DNA of 64,000 nucleotides, taken from contig JALHPE010000002.1 in assembly GCA_022842645.1 (NCBI GenBank), forward strand, positions 65,569 through 129,568. The letters are read 5' to 3'. The notes beneath the pieces were generated by a model. It was not told the DNA's origin. It saw nothing but the letters and a program-made list of their open reading frames with translations, and did no database searches. Within the stretch, counting starts at the first letter, position 1; each line of letters starts with the position of its first letter. Both the position numbers and the translations under genes were made by a program. This DNA is from Minisyncoccota bacterium. GTDB lineage: Bacteria > Patescibacteriota > Minisyncoccia > Phycocordibacterales > UBA2100. This document shows positions 1 to 8,587 of this stretch, piece after piece.

Positions 1-436
1 CGCAGGGTTTTTTGCAGTTCTTGGTTTTCTGGTGTATTCCATTGCACCGAAGATGCAGGCTTCTGTTCCCGCATCAATCATCACTAATTTTAGTGAGTGT
101 GCACAAGCAGGGAATCCGATTATGGAATCGTATCCGCGCCAGTGTCGTAGCCCAGATGGTCGCGTGTTTGTTGAAGATGCTCCACCTCCACTGCCCGACG
201 GTGGTATGGCGTCAAATGGATGTGCTATTGCGGGATGTTCCGGGCAACTCTGTGTTTCTGCTGGAGAAGCGGCAAGCATCATGACGACATGTGAATACCG
301 TGCAGAGTATGCGTGCTATAAGGGAGCATCGTGTGAACCACAAGCGGACGGAAGGTGCGGATGGACACAAACACCAATACTCACGCAATGTCTCGCATCT
401 CCGCCCAGTATGGAGGCGATGCCCGAAGTGATGTAG
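1..436 (+). CDS. Cysteine-rich hypothetical protein, 5'-partial (frame open to window edge; hydrophobic segment then about 10 Cys)
   Basis: ORF 32..436 stays open upstream to position 2 in the same frame; no recognisable family. Confidence 0.35.
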   Translation, partial: AGFFAVLGFLVYSIAPKMQASVPASIITNFSECAQAGNPIMESYPRQCRSPDGRVFVEDAPPPLPDGGMASNGCAIAGCSGQLCVSAGEAASIMTTCEYRAEYACYKGASCEPQADGRCGWTQTPILTQCLASPPSMEAMPEVM

Positions 437-442
437 TTTTCC

Positions 443-1159
443 ATGGCACATACGTTTAACACCACACTACGTGCGGCATTCGAGAAGCCAGACACACGAA
501 TTTTTAGTCTTACGAACGACGCGCTTGCGTTTTTGACGCTCCTTTCTGTTTTTGCACTTGTCCTCGAGACGTCGGCCGCTTTTTCTGAGTACCACACCTA
601 TTTCAAGCTAATCGAATATATTTCAGTAGGCATTTTTTCACTTGAATATATCGCTCGTGTTGTAACTGCGAAATCAAAATCAGGGTATATATTTAGTTTT
701 TTCGGCATTATCGACCTACTTGCAATTCTGCCCACACTGCTCGCGCTCACAAACCTCACGTTTCTCAAAAGTGCGCGCTCGCTACGCATCCTAAGGTTTC
801 TCCGCATGCTTCGGCTCGCCAAGCTTGCGCGCGTGCACTCAAAGAAGGGGGCGCACGATCTCTATACAATCAATGTGCAGATATACGTCGTTGCATTTCT
901 TTCTGCACTCCTCTTTTTGGGCACACTTCTTTTTATAGTTGAAGGGCAGCATGCGCATGCAAAAGACATTCCCACCAGTATGTTTTGGGCCTTCAAGGTA
1001 ATTCTCGGCGGAATCCCTTTTGAACAACCTCATTCGAGCGTAGGTCTTGCGATTCTTATTGCGACTAAGTTTGTAAGTCTTATTCTCTTTGGACTTCTCC
1101 TCAATCTGGTAAACACCCTTATGCGAAAGGTGCTCACCGGTTCTGAAACAGATGCGTAA
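443..1159 (+). CDS. Voltage-gated ion channel superfamily protein (single 6-TM domain with S4 arginine ladder and pore loop)
   Basis: S4-like 'RSLRILRFLRMLRLAKLAR' with basic residues every third position, flanked by 5 other predicted TM helices and a P-loop 'FWAFKVILGGIPFEQ'; no K+ GYG filter. Confidence 0.7.
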   Translation: MAHTFNTTLRAAFEKPDTRIFSLTNDALAFLTLLSVFALVLETSAAFSEYHTYFKLIEYISVGIFSLEYIARVVTAKSKSGYIFSFFGIIDLLAILPTLLALTNLTFLKSARSLRILRFLRMLRLAKLARVHSKKGAHDLYTINVQIYVVAFLSALLFLGTLLFIVEGQHAHAKDIPTSMFWAFKVILGGIPFEQPHSSVGLAILIATKFVSLILFGLLLNLVNTLMRKVLTGSETDA

Positions 1160-1188
1160 GCCCGGTTTTTTGTTACGATACTTCCCAC

Positions 1189-1261
1189 GGGCCGTTAGCT
1201 CACTTGGTAGAGCGCATCCATGGCATGGATGAGGCAACCGGTTCGATCCCGGTACGGTCCA
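1189..1261 (+). tRNA. tRNA-Ala (anticodon GGC)
   Basis: Cloverleaf folded by eye: acceptor GGGCCGT/ACGGTCC with G3:U70 Ala identity pair, D-arm GCTCACTTGGTAGAGC, anticodon loop ATGGCAT with U33 and GGC, T-arm GGTTCGATCC; CCA not encoded. Confidence 0.85.
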
Positions 1262-1270
1262 CAAAAAGTT

Positions 1271-1296
1271 CGACCGGCGCACGTATGCACCGGTCG
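1271..1296 (-). terminator. Hairpin CGACCGG-N12-CCGGTCG, U-run on minus strand; terminates the small minus-strand ORF and possibly the tRNA transcript
   Basis: 7-bp GC-rich stem immediately after the 1302 stop; minus-strand continuation reads AACUUUUUG. Confidence 0.4.
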
Positions 1297-1301
1297 TTGA
1301 G

Positions 1302-1487
1302 TTAAGGCTCGTCTCGCCCTTCTTTATCATTCTCGGGCTCTTTTTTGAAGTCGGGGAATTCACATGTGCCGCCCTCGTCTTCGGCGAGCCACGTTATTAT
1401 TTGCTTCACTTCCTCGTCGCGGCAATGGTCAGGAATTGTAGCGAACAACTTGCGTATCTCTTGAACAATCTTTTCCGCCGTCGACAT
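1302..1487 (-). CDS. Small acidic hypothetical protein (61 aa)
   Basis: GGAGGAAG Shine-Dalgarno 5 nt before ATG on minus strand; terminator hairpin just past stop. Confidence 0.4.
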   Translation of the reverse strand: MSTAEKIVQEIRKLFATIPDHCRDEEVKQIITWLAEDEGGTCEFPDFKKEPENDKEGRDEP

Positions 1488-1699
1488 TTCTTCCTCCGTT
1501 GGTTGCGAAGAATAGAACTATACCACAACTATATTATAAAGGCAATAAACACAAGTCTATACACCTTCGTTGCTTTTCTTGAGATTCATCCTATACTGTC
1601 GGGGAATGTACGTTTTTCCATCCGGTGCAGGGCAGTAGCCGACGCAGGGGTTGTGGAGAAGGTCGGGTTACATTTTGTATAAAACATAAGCGACGATAC

Positions 1700-2032
1700 A
1701 TGGCAAAGAAACTCTATGTCGGCGGTTTGCCGTACTCAACTACGGACAACGAGCTGAAGGATGCTTTTGCGCAGGCTGGTGCTGTTTCGTCGGCCATCAT
1801 CATCATGGACAAGATGACTGGTCGATCGAAAGGCTTCGGCTTTGTTGAGTTCGCGAATGATGAGGACGCTCAGAAGGCAATTGACCTGTGGAATGGCAAG
1901 GACTTCGGTGGACGTTCTCTCACCGTGAACGAGGCACGCCCTATGGAAGAACGTCCCCGCCGCGATTTCCGCGGAGGTGGAGGTGGCGACTGGGGTGGTG
2001 GTGGCGGAGGCAACCGACGCAACAACTGGTAA
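1700..2032 (+). CDS. RNA-binding protein, RRM domain with Gly-rich C-terminal tail
   Basis: RNP2 'LYVGGL' and RNP1 'KGFGFVEF' motifs; GGGGGDWGGGGGG tail; start taken at internal Met of ORF 1625..2032. Confidence 0.85.
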   Translation: MAKKLYVGGLPYSTTDNELKDAFAQAGAVSSAIIIMDKMTGRSKGFGFVEFANDEDAQKAIDLWNGKDFGGRSLTVNEARPMEERPRRDFRGGGGGDWGGGGGGNRRNNW

Positions 2033-2051
2033 CTCCAGTTCTTGCATCCCG

Positions 2052-2080
2052 CACAAACCCGCCCTTGTGGCGGGTTTGTG
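2052..2080 (+). terminator. Hairpin CACAAACCCGCC-CTTGT-GGCGGGTTTGTG downstream of RRM gene
   Basis: 12-bp perfect stem 20 nt after stop; weak U-tract. Confidence 0.45.
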
Positions 2081-2131
2081 CTATCAACATCCACCATGCA
2101 TGAGTGCGCGCATCTCGCGTATACTACGTGC

Positions 2132-2485
2132 ATGCATCTCGCTCGTGCCCTTGGCTGGGGAATAGTGATTTATGCCATCATGTATCTCGCATGGTCGGGA
2201 CTTGTCATTTATGGGTTCTCTCTGGGCATGCTCTCTCTCATTGCCCGTCTCTCAGTGCTCGCATGCATCAGTATTATTGCTGCGCGCGCCATGCACCTCT
2301 CCAACACAAAAGACATTGTCGGAAACGCGCTTGTCTGGGCAGCTGTGGCAATCGGATTGGACATGGTATTTCTCGTGCCGTTTTCTGGGTGGGGACTCTA
2401 TGCGTCTTGGAGCGTATGGGCCGGATACGCACTTATTGTCGTCTTTCCACTTGCATACACTATGTTGTGGAATAGAAGGGGTTAA
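2132..2485 (+). CDS. Hypothetical small membrane protein (about 4 TM)
   Basis: Hydrophobic helices throughout; start chosen downstream of the 2052-2080 hairpin (ORF 2042..2485 begins inside it); alternative start 2096. Confidence 0.45.
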   Translation: MHLARALGWGIVIYAIMYLAWSGLVIYGFSLGMLSLIARLSVLACISIIAARAMHLSNTKDIVGNALVWAAVAIGLDMVFLVPFSGWGLYASWSVWAGYALIVVFPLAYTMLWNRRG

Positions 2486-2493
2486 TTCTTTGT

Positions 2494-3663
2494 ATGCAAA
2501 CTTTCGCGGCTCTCTCTGGGGCGCGCGCGCTTCGCACTCATCGCATATTGATGCGCATCGCGCTCGGCACATCCATTTTTGGATGGGTGCTTATGTTTCA
2601 GATTTTTCTTTCGCGTTTTGGGTTTGAACATGCACTTTTTTCGATACTGATTCTCTATACATTCTCTCAAGTGTTGGCATTTTTCTTGACACCACTCTCG
2701 GCACCGGCGCTACGGTTTGGTGTGCGTCGTGCACTTGCGTTCGGCACACTCGCGGCCTCATTTATGATGGTTGCACTTGCGCTCATGTTTGCCCCTGAGA
2801 ATGCCGTATCATTCTTTACTCTTTTGTCTGCATTCGTAGTTTTTTCCGCACTGCATCGCGCTCTGTATTGGGTGCCATACGAGAGTCTTGCGTCCGAAAT
2901 CCCACGTACATCACTTCCGGAAATAATGCTCATGTGTGTCCCGCTTATTGCGGGGGTTCTGTTTGCAGTGCCCGGTCTTGGTGTATTTGTATATAGTGGC
3001 GCATCTATTGCCGCACTACTCGCTCTTATACCACTCACACAAGTGCCTGAGCGTGTTGAGGCGTTTGAGTGGAGTATCGGCGAAACACTTCGTGCACTCT
3101 TTGCGCGTCGGAACCACATGCTACTCATGCGTGGCGTACTCGACGGTGTGCAGGGGGTGGGGTTGTTGCTTCTGTGGCCAATCACTATTTTCACTATTAT
3201 TCGTGGAGATTGGTTTTTGTTTGGTCTCATACTCTCGCTCTCACTCCTCATTACATTTTTTCTTCGCTCTCGTGTGCAGAGTATATTGAAGCGCATGCGA
3301 GCTGATCGCTCCGATACATTGCTTGCGTGTATTGCGCTCAGCGCGTGGGGTGCGCGACTTGTCTCCCCGGCTCCGCTTGCAATTATTTCTGTGGATGTGT
3401 TTGCGGGGACCACTATCTCACCAAAGCGTTTCAGCATTGATTCGTATAGTGGAGAACAGTATGCAGATGGAGGCCATTTTATTGATGAGTATACGGCTCT
3501 AAAAGAAATGGCACTGCACCTCGGCCGTATACTCGCATGCCTTATCTGTATTGCACTTGTTCCATTTTCAGCTCCCGTTGCGATTGCGGCCGGATTCTTA
3601 TGTGCCGGTTGCGCATCTGCGGCTTCGGTAATACTTGCACGTCGCGCAGCGCGCGCGCTTTAA
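2494..3663 (+). CDS. Multi-pass membrane transporter, MFS-like
   Basis: About 10-12 predicted TM helices over 389 aa; no diagnostic motif confirmed, family call is tentative. Confidence 0.45.
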   Translation: MQTFAALSGARALRTHRILMRIALGTSIFGWVLMFQIFLSRFGFEHALFSILILYTFSQVLAFFLTPLSAPALRFGVRRALAFGTLAASFMMVALALMFAPENAVSFFTLLSAFVVFSALHRALYWVPYESLASEIPRTSLPEIMLMCVPLIAGVLFAVPGLGVFVYSGASIAALLALIPLTQVPERVEAFEWSIGETLRALFARRNHMLLMRGVLDGVQGVGLLLLWPITIFTIIRGDWFLFGLILSLSLLITFFLRSRVQSILKRMRADRSDTLLACIALSAWGARLVSPAPLAIISVDVFAGTTISPKRFSIDSYSGEQYADGGHFIDEYTALKEMALHLGRILACLICIALVPFSAPVAIAAGFLCAGCASAASVILARRAARAL

Positions 3664-3680
3664 CGAGAGGGAATAGTAAA

Positions 3681-3706
3681 AGGGCGCTCGTCTTCGCGAG
3701 CGCCCT
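3681..3706. terminator. Bidirectional hairpin AGGGCGCTCG-tcttcg-CGAGCGCCCT between convergent genes
   Basis: 10-bp perfect GC-rich stem between the 3663 stop (+) and 3715 stop (-). Confidence 0.5.
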
Positions 3707-3714
3707 CTCGTATG

Positions 3715-3909
3715 TCACTGCTCTTGGCGCAGCGATTCGCCGTCGGGTTCACTTTCTACCACCGACGTTTCTCCTTCGTTGGAGCGCACTTGCCCCAACA
3801 AAGAATCTTCTGGAACGGACACGCGTCTCGCTTGTGCATTAAGCACACGAAGGCGTGCAAGAACAAGTTCAGGTGTCATCACTGATCTCCGTTTCCCAAA
3901 GACCTGCAT
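3715..3909 (-). CDS. Small hypothetical protein (64 aa; alternative start at Met11, CDS 3715..3879)
   Basis: Own sigma70-like promoter directly upstream on minus strand; GGAG 7 nt before Met11; terminator after stop. Confidence 0.3.
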   Translation of the reverse strand: MQVFGKRRSVMTPELVLARLRVLNAQARRVSVPEDSLLGQVRSNEGETSVVESEPDGESLRQEQ

Positions 3910-3937
3910 ATACTAACCCCATTTCTCAATATGACAA
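3910..3937 (-). promoter_or_regulatory. Sigma70-like promoter on minus strand: -35 TTGTCA, 16-nt spacer, -10 TAGTAT abutting the ATG
   Basis: Read directly: plus-strand tgacaa (3932-3937) and atacta (3910-3915). Confidence 0.3.
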
Positions 3938-3969
3938 GAGAGAAATCAGAGTTTTCCCCAGAAAACGAA

Positions 3970-3995
3970 GGGGCGCGGAATATATACCGCGCCCC
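3970..3995 (-). terminator. Minus-strand hairpin GGGGCGCGG-N8-CCGCGCCCC followed by CUUCGUUUUCU
   Basis: 9-bp GC stem; would terminate read-through from yqeY about 400 nt upstream. Confidence 0.35.
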
Positions 3996-4008
3996 ACCCA
4001 TTCACTGG

Positions 4009-4056
4009 AACCGGAATGATAATTGAAACGGCATCGACCACTTCCGGTTTTTTTCT
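4009..4056 (+). terminator. Plus-strand hairpin AACCGGAA-N25-TTCCGGTT followed by TTTTTTT, with no obvious upstream plus-strand gene
   Basis: 8-bp stem plus 7 T; sits back-to-back with the 3970-3995 hairpin. Confidence 0.3.
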
Positions 4057-4390
4057 GTGGACTCGCGCCGATATTGAGCAATCGCAGACGCTCCGGCATT
4101 TCGCGCCGAAAGCCACACTCCACGCGAAATATGCATCGGCTCCCAGAGCACGCATTTGTTCTGCATGCAGGAAGTCTGCTCAAGATTTTCCGGGGTTGGC
4201 GAAAGACCTGCTCGACAATGGAAGGCGATGGTAATGCCGGAAACTGGCAAAGAGACCTCCACCTCCGAGCCGGTTACGTGCAGTATCTGCGGCGAAAACT
4301 TAAAAGTCATGTGTTGCCTCCTAAGAGCAAAACGCTCGCACATGACGCACTACTGACATGCATTATAACATTTTAATTTTTGAAGTCAAA

Positions 4391-4840
4391 TTACAGAAAA
4401 AGTGACTCCACCACCTCTTTTACAAGGCCTCCATCAGCATTTCCGCCGAGTTCTTTCATAACGATACCCATGAGCTTTCCTTTACTAGCAGCGTCTGCGC
4501 CCGTCTCGGTTTTCTTTGCTTCAGCAACTTTCAGAATCTCTTCGCGAGTTGCCATTTGTGGCAAATACGCCTCAAGAATTGCGAGTTCTTGTGCCTCTTT
4601 TTCCGCGAGTTCCGTGCGTCCACCTTTGGTAAATTGTTCAATCGAATCTTTTCGTTGTTTTGCAAGGCGTTTGAGCACCGCCTGTATTTCGCTCTCAGAA
4701 AGTTCGTCTGTTGGTTTTTTTCCCTTTGCGACGAGTTCGTTCGTAAAGGCAGCAAGTGCGCCACGAAGCGTTTGAAGGCGCACACCGTCTTTCGCCCTCA
4801 TCGCCTCTTTCATATCGTTTTTTATTGTAGTTAACAACAT
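4391..4840 (-). CDS. yqeY: GatB/YqeY domain-containing protein
   Basis: N-terminus 'MLLTTIKNDMKEAMRAKD' and overall about 149-aa layout match the YqeY family; start at internal Met of ORF 4391..4948 (alternative 4861). Confidence 0.8.
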   Translation of the reverse strand: MLLTTIKNDMKEAMRAKDGVRLQTLRGALAAFTNELVAKGKKPTDELSESEIQAVLKRLAKQRKDSIEQFTKGGRTELAEKEAQELAILEAYLPQMATREEILKVAEAKKTETGADAASKGKLMGIVMKELGGNADGGLVKEVVESLFL

Positions 4841-4970
4841 ATGGTGAAGTGTAGCGTACATATCTATAAAAAAAAGAGGCCGTGCACAATCAGGGAGGAT
4901 GTGCGCACGGCCTCGCGGATCGGTAGGATGGCTCCGTATCCGCAACAACCAGCACGGGGGGTGCCGGAAC

Positions 4971-4995
4971 GTGTATACGAACTTTAGTGTATACG
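4971..4995. promoter_or_regulatory. Two direct copies of GTGTATACG (palindromic GTATAC core), 16-nt spacing, in the yqeY/rmuC divergent region; candidate operator
   Basis: acGTGTATACGaactttaGTGTATACGcc read directly. Confidence 0.3.
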
Positions 4996-5037
4996 CCTCA
5001 TGATGTCAATCAGGATTTCCCGCGCTACAATACAAGA

Positions 5038-6081
5038 ATGGAATGGATAGTTATTGCACTTCTCTCGCTTATACTTGTGCTCCTAGGCTTTCTTTTTTTT
5101 CGCTCACAGGCCAACAAAGGAGATACACAAGGGTTACTTCTTCTACAAAAACAGATGGAAAATCTTGAGCGTTCACTTGATACTCGGATGCACACATCAG
5201 CTAAAGAAATGCACGAAACTGTGCGTGTTCAGCTGGGAGAGTCCTCAAAGCTCATCAAAGAAATAACGCAGGAAATAACATCGGTAAAGGAGATTGGGCG
5301 ACAAACACAAACGTTTGCTGAGCAACTACAGTCTCTGCAAGATATTCTCAAGAATCCGAAACAGCGCGGAATTCTCGGGGAGTACTACTTGGAAACCGTG
5401 CTTAAAAATGTGCTTCCGCCGGGGATGTATAAAATCCAGCACCCGTTTAAAAACGGAGAAATTGTCGACGCGGCGGTGTTTGTGAACGAACGCGTGGTGC
5501 CTATAGATTCAAAATTCTCGCTCGAAAACTACAACCGTTTTGTGAGTGCTCCACAGGGATCTTCCGAGCGCACCGCGCTTGAAAAAACGTTTGTAAACGA
5601 CCTCAAGCTTCGTATCCAGGAAACAGCGAAATATATTCGTCCTGAAGAGGGAACCATGGATTTTGCGTTTATGTTCATTCCGAGCGAGGGTATCTACTAC
5701 GACCTCCTTACAAACCAGGTGGGGGCAGGCGAGGATGAAAACCTCATTCAGCGGGCGGCATCCAAGTACAAAGTGATTATTGTTTCTCCAACATCATTCC
5801 TTGCGTATCTCCAGACAGTTATGCAAGGCTTGAAAGCACTTGAAATAGAGAAGCGTGCCGAGGAGATTCAAAAGCGAGTGGGGGAATTGGTAAAGCACAT
5901 CACCAAAACTCACGAATACTACGGCAAAATTGGAGCCTCGCTCAGTACGACCATCTCCCACTACAATAATGGTTATAAAGAGCTCGCTAAGGTGGATAAG
6001 GACGTGTATCGCATCGCCGGCTCAAAAGCCGGAGTAGAGCCACTCACGCTCGAAAAACCCGCCCTTGCCGAAGAAGAGTAA
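5038..6081 (+). CDS. rmuC: DNA recombination protein RmuC
   Basis: N-terminal TM helix, long coiled-coil, then conserved RmuC C-terminal region (FMFIPSEGIYYDLL...); start at Met of 'MEWIVIALL' rather than the GTG at 4987. Confidence 0.85.
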   Translation: MEWIVIALLSLILVLLGFLFFRSQANKGDTQGLLLLQKQMENLERSLDTRMHTSAKEMHETVRVQLGESSKLIKEITQEITSVKEIGRQTQTFAEQLQSLQDILKNPKQRGILGEYYLETVLKNVLPPGMYKIQHPFKNGEIVDAAVFVNERVVPIDSKFSLENYNRFVSAPQGSSERTALEKTFVNDLKLRIQETAKYIRPEEGTMDFAFMFIPSEGIYYDLLTNQVGAGEDENLIQRAASKYKVIIVSPTSFLAYLQTVMQGLKALEIEKRAEEIQKRVGELVKHITKTHEYYGKIGASLSTTISHYNNGYKELAKVDKDVYRIAGSKAGVEPLTLEKPALAEEE

Positions 6082-6104
6082 TCCGTGTATAGTCTGCCCC
6101 ACGT

Positions 6105-6416
6105 ATGAGCCATATCGCAATTATCGCAACCGGCGGCAAGCAATACCTCGTTAAAGAGGGGGATGTTGTCACTATCGAAAAACTCCCTGCGGGAAAGGGC
6201 GAAAAAGTCGTTTTCGATACTGTGCTTCTCACTGACGACGGAAAGAGCACAAAAGTCGGCTCTCCACACGTATCAGGCGCGAAGGTTTCAGGTGAAGTTA
6301 TTGGCGAAGGCTTGGGTGACAAGAAAGTGGTCATGAAGTACCGCCAGAAGTCCCGCTACTACAAAAAGAAGGGACATCGTCAGCCGTTCACGAAAGTGAA
6401 AATCACCGCACTCTAG
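6105..6416 (+). CDS. rplU: 50S ribosomal protein L21
   Basis: 'MSHIAIIATGGKQYLVKEGDVV...' is a classic L21 sequence. Confidence 0.9.
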   Translation: MSHIAIIATGGKQYLVKEGDVVTIEKLPAGKGEKVVFDTVLLTDDGKSTKVGSPHVSGAKVSGEVIGEGLGDKKVVMKYRQKSRYYKKKGHRQPFTKVKITAL

Positions 6417-6420
6417 AGTC

Positions 6421-7023
6421 TCAATGACGCCCTTCGAGGGCGTTTTTGATTGTTTCGGGATCAGCGTACTCAAGCTCGCTGCCCGTCGAGAGTCCGCGTC
6501 CGAGCATGGAGACTTTCATTGACGGGTTTCCGAAACCGGTCAATTCTTCGCGCACACGAATGGCGGTTGAGTCACCCTCGGGATTCGCCGGGAAGGCGAG
6601 AATTATTTCTTTGAGTCCGTTCTCAATGCGTGCAGGAAGGGAAGAGAGTAACTCTTTAATATGCAGTCCGTTCGTACGCTCCGACGAGAGAAGTAAAAGC
6701 CCGCCAAGCACGAAATAGTGTCCCTGATAGGTATGAGACCGCTCTAGGGCGAGAAGGTCAGTATCAGATGCCACAACCGCAAGAAGTGATGTGTCCCGAT
6801 GGATATCTGCGCATATGCCACACGCTCCTTTTTTACCGGTGTGATAGCGCAAACAGGATGGACACTGGTGCACATCGCTCCCGAGCTCCCGAACGCCCTC
6901 TGCAAGTTCGCGTCGAAGTGCGGGTGACGAGCGCAAGAGAAACTGGACAAAACGCCCGGCTTGCCGCGGACCGATGCCCGGGAATTTTTGGAATACATTG
7001 GTTAGTCTTTCAAGGGGATCCAT
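6421..7023 (-). CDS. recR: Recombination protein RecR
   Basis: Helix-hairpin-helix N-terminus, C4 zinc finger 'CPSC...CGIC', Toprim region; start at 'MDPLERLTNVF'. Confidence 0.9.
   Translation of the reverse strand: MDPLERLTNVFQKFPGIGPRQAGRFVQFLLRSSPALRRELAEGVRELGSDVHQCPSCLRYHTGKKGACGICADIHRDTSLLAVVASDTDLLALERSHTYQGHYFVLGGLLLLSSERTNGLHIKELLSSLPARIENGLKEIILAFPANPEGDSTAIRVREELTGFGNPSMKVSMLGRGLSTGSELEYADPETIKNALEGRH
6427..6447 (+). terminator. rplU intrinsic terminator ACGCCCT-tcg-AGGGCGT-TTTTT, embedded in the 3' coding end of convergent recR
   Basis: 7-bp stem plus 5 T; the same DNA encodes recR C-terminal ...KNALEGRH on the minus strand. Confidence 0.5.
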
Positions 7024-7102
7024 CGGGGAAGTATATCGTATCTCGTATTCAGTATCTTGTATGAAATACCAGATACGACATACCAAACACTAGATACTTT
7101 CA

Positions 7103-8491
7103 CTAGAACGGCGCTTCTTCTGATTCCACAGCCGCTTCTGGTGTAAAATCGCCAAAGTCCGCTTTTTCCACGCTCTTGAACGTTGTTGTCTGGTCATCAA
7201 AAAGGAGGTCCACCTTTCCTACGGGGCCGTTACGATGTTTTTCGATGAGGATTTCTGCAACATTCGTTCGCTCTCCTTCGGTGCGGTTTCCGGACATATC
7301 TTCACGGTGAATAAACATGACCACATCGGCGTCTTGTTCGATTGAGCCGGAATCGCGAAGATCAGAAAGGCGAGGACGCCCCCCGCGTTGTTCAACTGCG
7401 CGAGAAAGTTGCGAGAGTGCAAGTACCGGGACATCGAGTTCGCGCGCCATGCCTTTTAACGCGCGAGAAATTTCTGTCACCTGCTGCACGGTCGATACAT
7501 TCGCTCCCTGAACTGAAGGAATAATAAGTTGAAGATAATCAATCACGATGAGTCCCAATCCTTTCTCCATTTTCATGCGACGTGCGATTGAGCGCATCGA
7601 GAGCACGGTATTGGAGGATTTATCATCAATAAAAATCGGTGCTTCACTTAGTTCCGCCATACCATCCTGCAAGCGCTCGAATTCGTCATCTTTAGATATC
7701 TTTCCTGTGCGGAGGCGCCATGAATTGACACCGGCTTGGGCAGCAAGCATACGATCAACAAGTTGCTGAGAACTCATTTCAAGTGAGAAAAAACCGACAG
7801 GAGTTTTGTGCTTTGTTGCACTCTGTCGCGCAATGTCGAGCGCCAAAGTCGTTTTTCCAATCGACGGGCGTGCAGCGAGAATGATGAGATCCGATTTTTG
7901 GAAACCTGAGAGCATGGTATCGAGTGCAGGGAAGCCTGTCGGTACGCCGCGCATTGTGCCGGTGTGTTTCTGCAGATTTTCAAGACGTTCCCACGCCTCA
8001 GATAGTTCCTCCTTGATCGCGGTAAATTTCTGAAGCATCGGCGTATTCGTGACAGCAAAAATAGCCTGCTGGGCCTCGTCCAGCACCTGTTCAACTTCGC
8101 GGTCCTCCTGGAATCCGAGCTCACCGATTTTTGCTGAAGCATCCAGGAGCGAACGTAGTACAAATTTGGATTGGACAACTTCGGCGTAGTGGCGAGCAGA
8201 GCCGGGCGAAGCGGCAGTTCCTGCAAGTTCGGAGAGATACGCACGACCACCGATTTCTTGCAGTTGTTTTCGTTCATCAAGTTTGCTGGCAACCGTCACC
8301 ACGTCAATAGGGTCTCCTCGACCATAGAGGCTCACCATCGCGTCATAAATAGTTCGGTGTTTTCCCGCATAAAACGAATCAATATGAACAATGTCTGCAA
8401 CTTCATAAATGGCACTTTGGTTGATGAGGAGGGAACCAAGAAGCGCTCGCTCTGTCTCGATGTCTTGCGGTGGAACACGAAGTTGGGTCAT
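7103..8491 (-). CDS. dnaB: Replicative DNA helicase DnaB
   Basis: DnaB N-terminal domain plus Walker A 'ARPSIGKTTLAL' and RecA-like C-terminal domain. Confidence 0.9.
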   Translation of the reverse strand: MTQLRVPPQDIETERALLGSLLINQSAIYEVADIVHIDSFYAGKHRTIYDAMVSLYGRGDPIDVVTVASKLDERKQLQEIGGRAYLSELAGTAASPGSARHYAEVVQSKFVLRSLLDASAKIGELGFQEDREVEQVLDEAQQAIFAVTNTPMLQKFTAIKEELSEAWERLENLQKHTGTMRGVPTGFPALDTMLSGFQKSDLIILAARPSIGKTTLALDIARQSATKHKTPVGFFSLEMSSQQLVDRMLAAQAGVNSWRLRTGKISKDDEFERLQDGMAELSEAPIFIDDKSSNTVLSMRSIARRMKMEKGLGLIVIDYLQLIIPSVQGANVSTVQQVTEISRALKGMARELDVPVLALSQLSRAVEQRGGRPRLSDLRDSGSIEQDADVVMFIHREDMSGNRTEGERTNVAEILIEKHRNGPVGKVDLLFDDQTTTFKSVEKADFGDFTPEAAVESEEAPF

Positions 8492-8587
8492 CGCAGGATT
8501 TTACCACCAAGGAGTCGCCCGCGCGCGTATATGAAAACGCTCGCATCTGGGGGTTTCCTGTGATATGAATGGGGACAAGGAAACCAG

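Noticed and set aside
1870-2133. Proline-rich minus-strand ORF (PPPPPPQSPPPPP)
   Set aside because: It is the antisense reading of the glycine-rich tail of the RRM protein gene; a compositional artefact.
2667-3437. 256-aa minus-strand ORF antisense to the MFS-like transporter gene
   Set aside because: Ser/Ala/Arg-rich biased composition with no structure; typical shadow ORF of a GC-rich membrane-protein gene.
4002-4376. Several 70-117-aa ORFs on both strands in the 3910-4390 gap
   Set aside because: They overlap mutually, lack initiation signals and have unprotein-like composition; the region is treated as non-coding.
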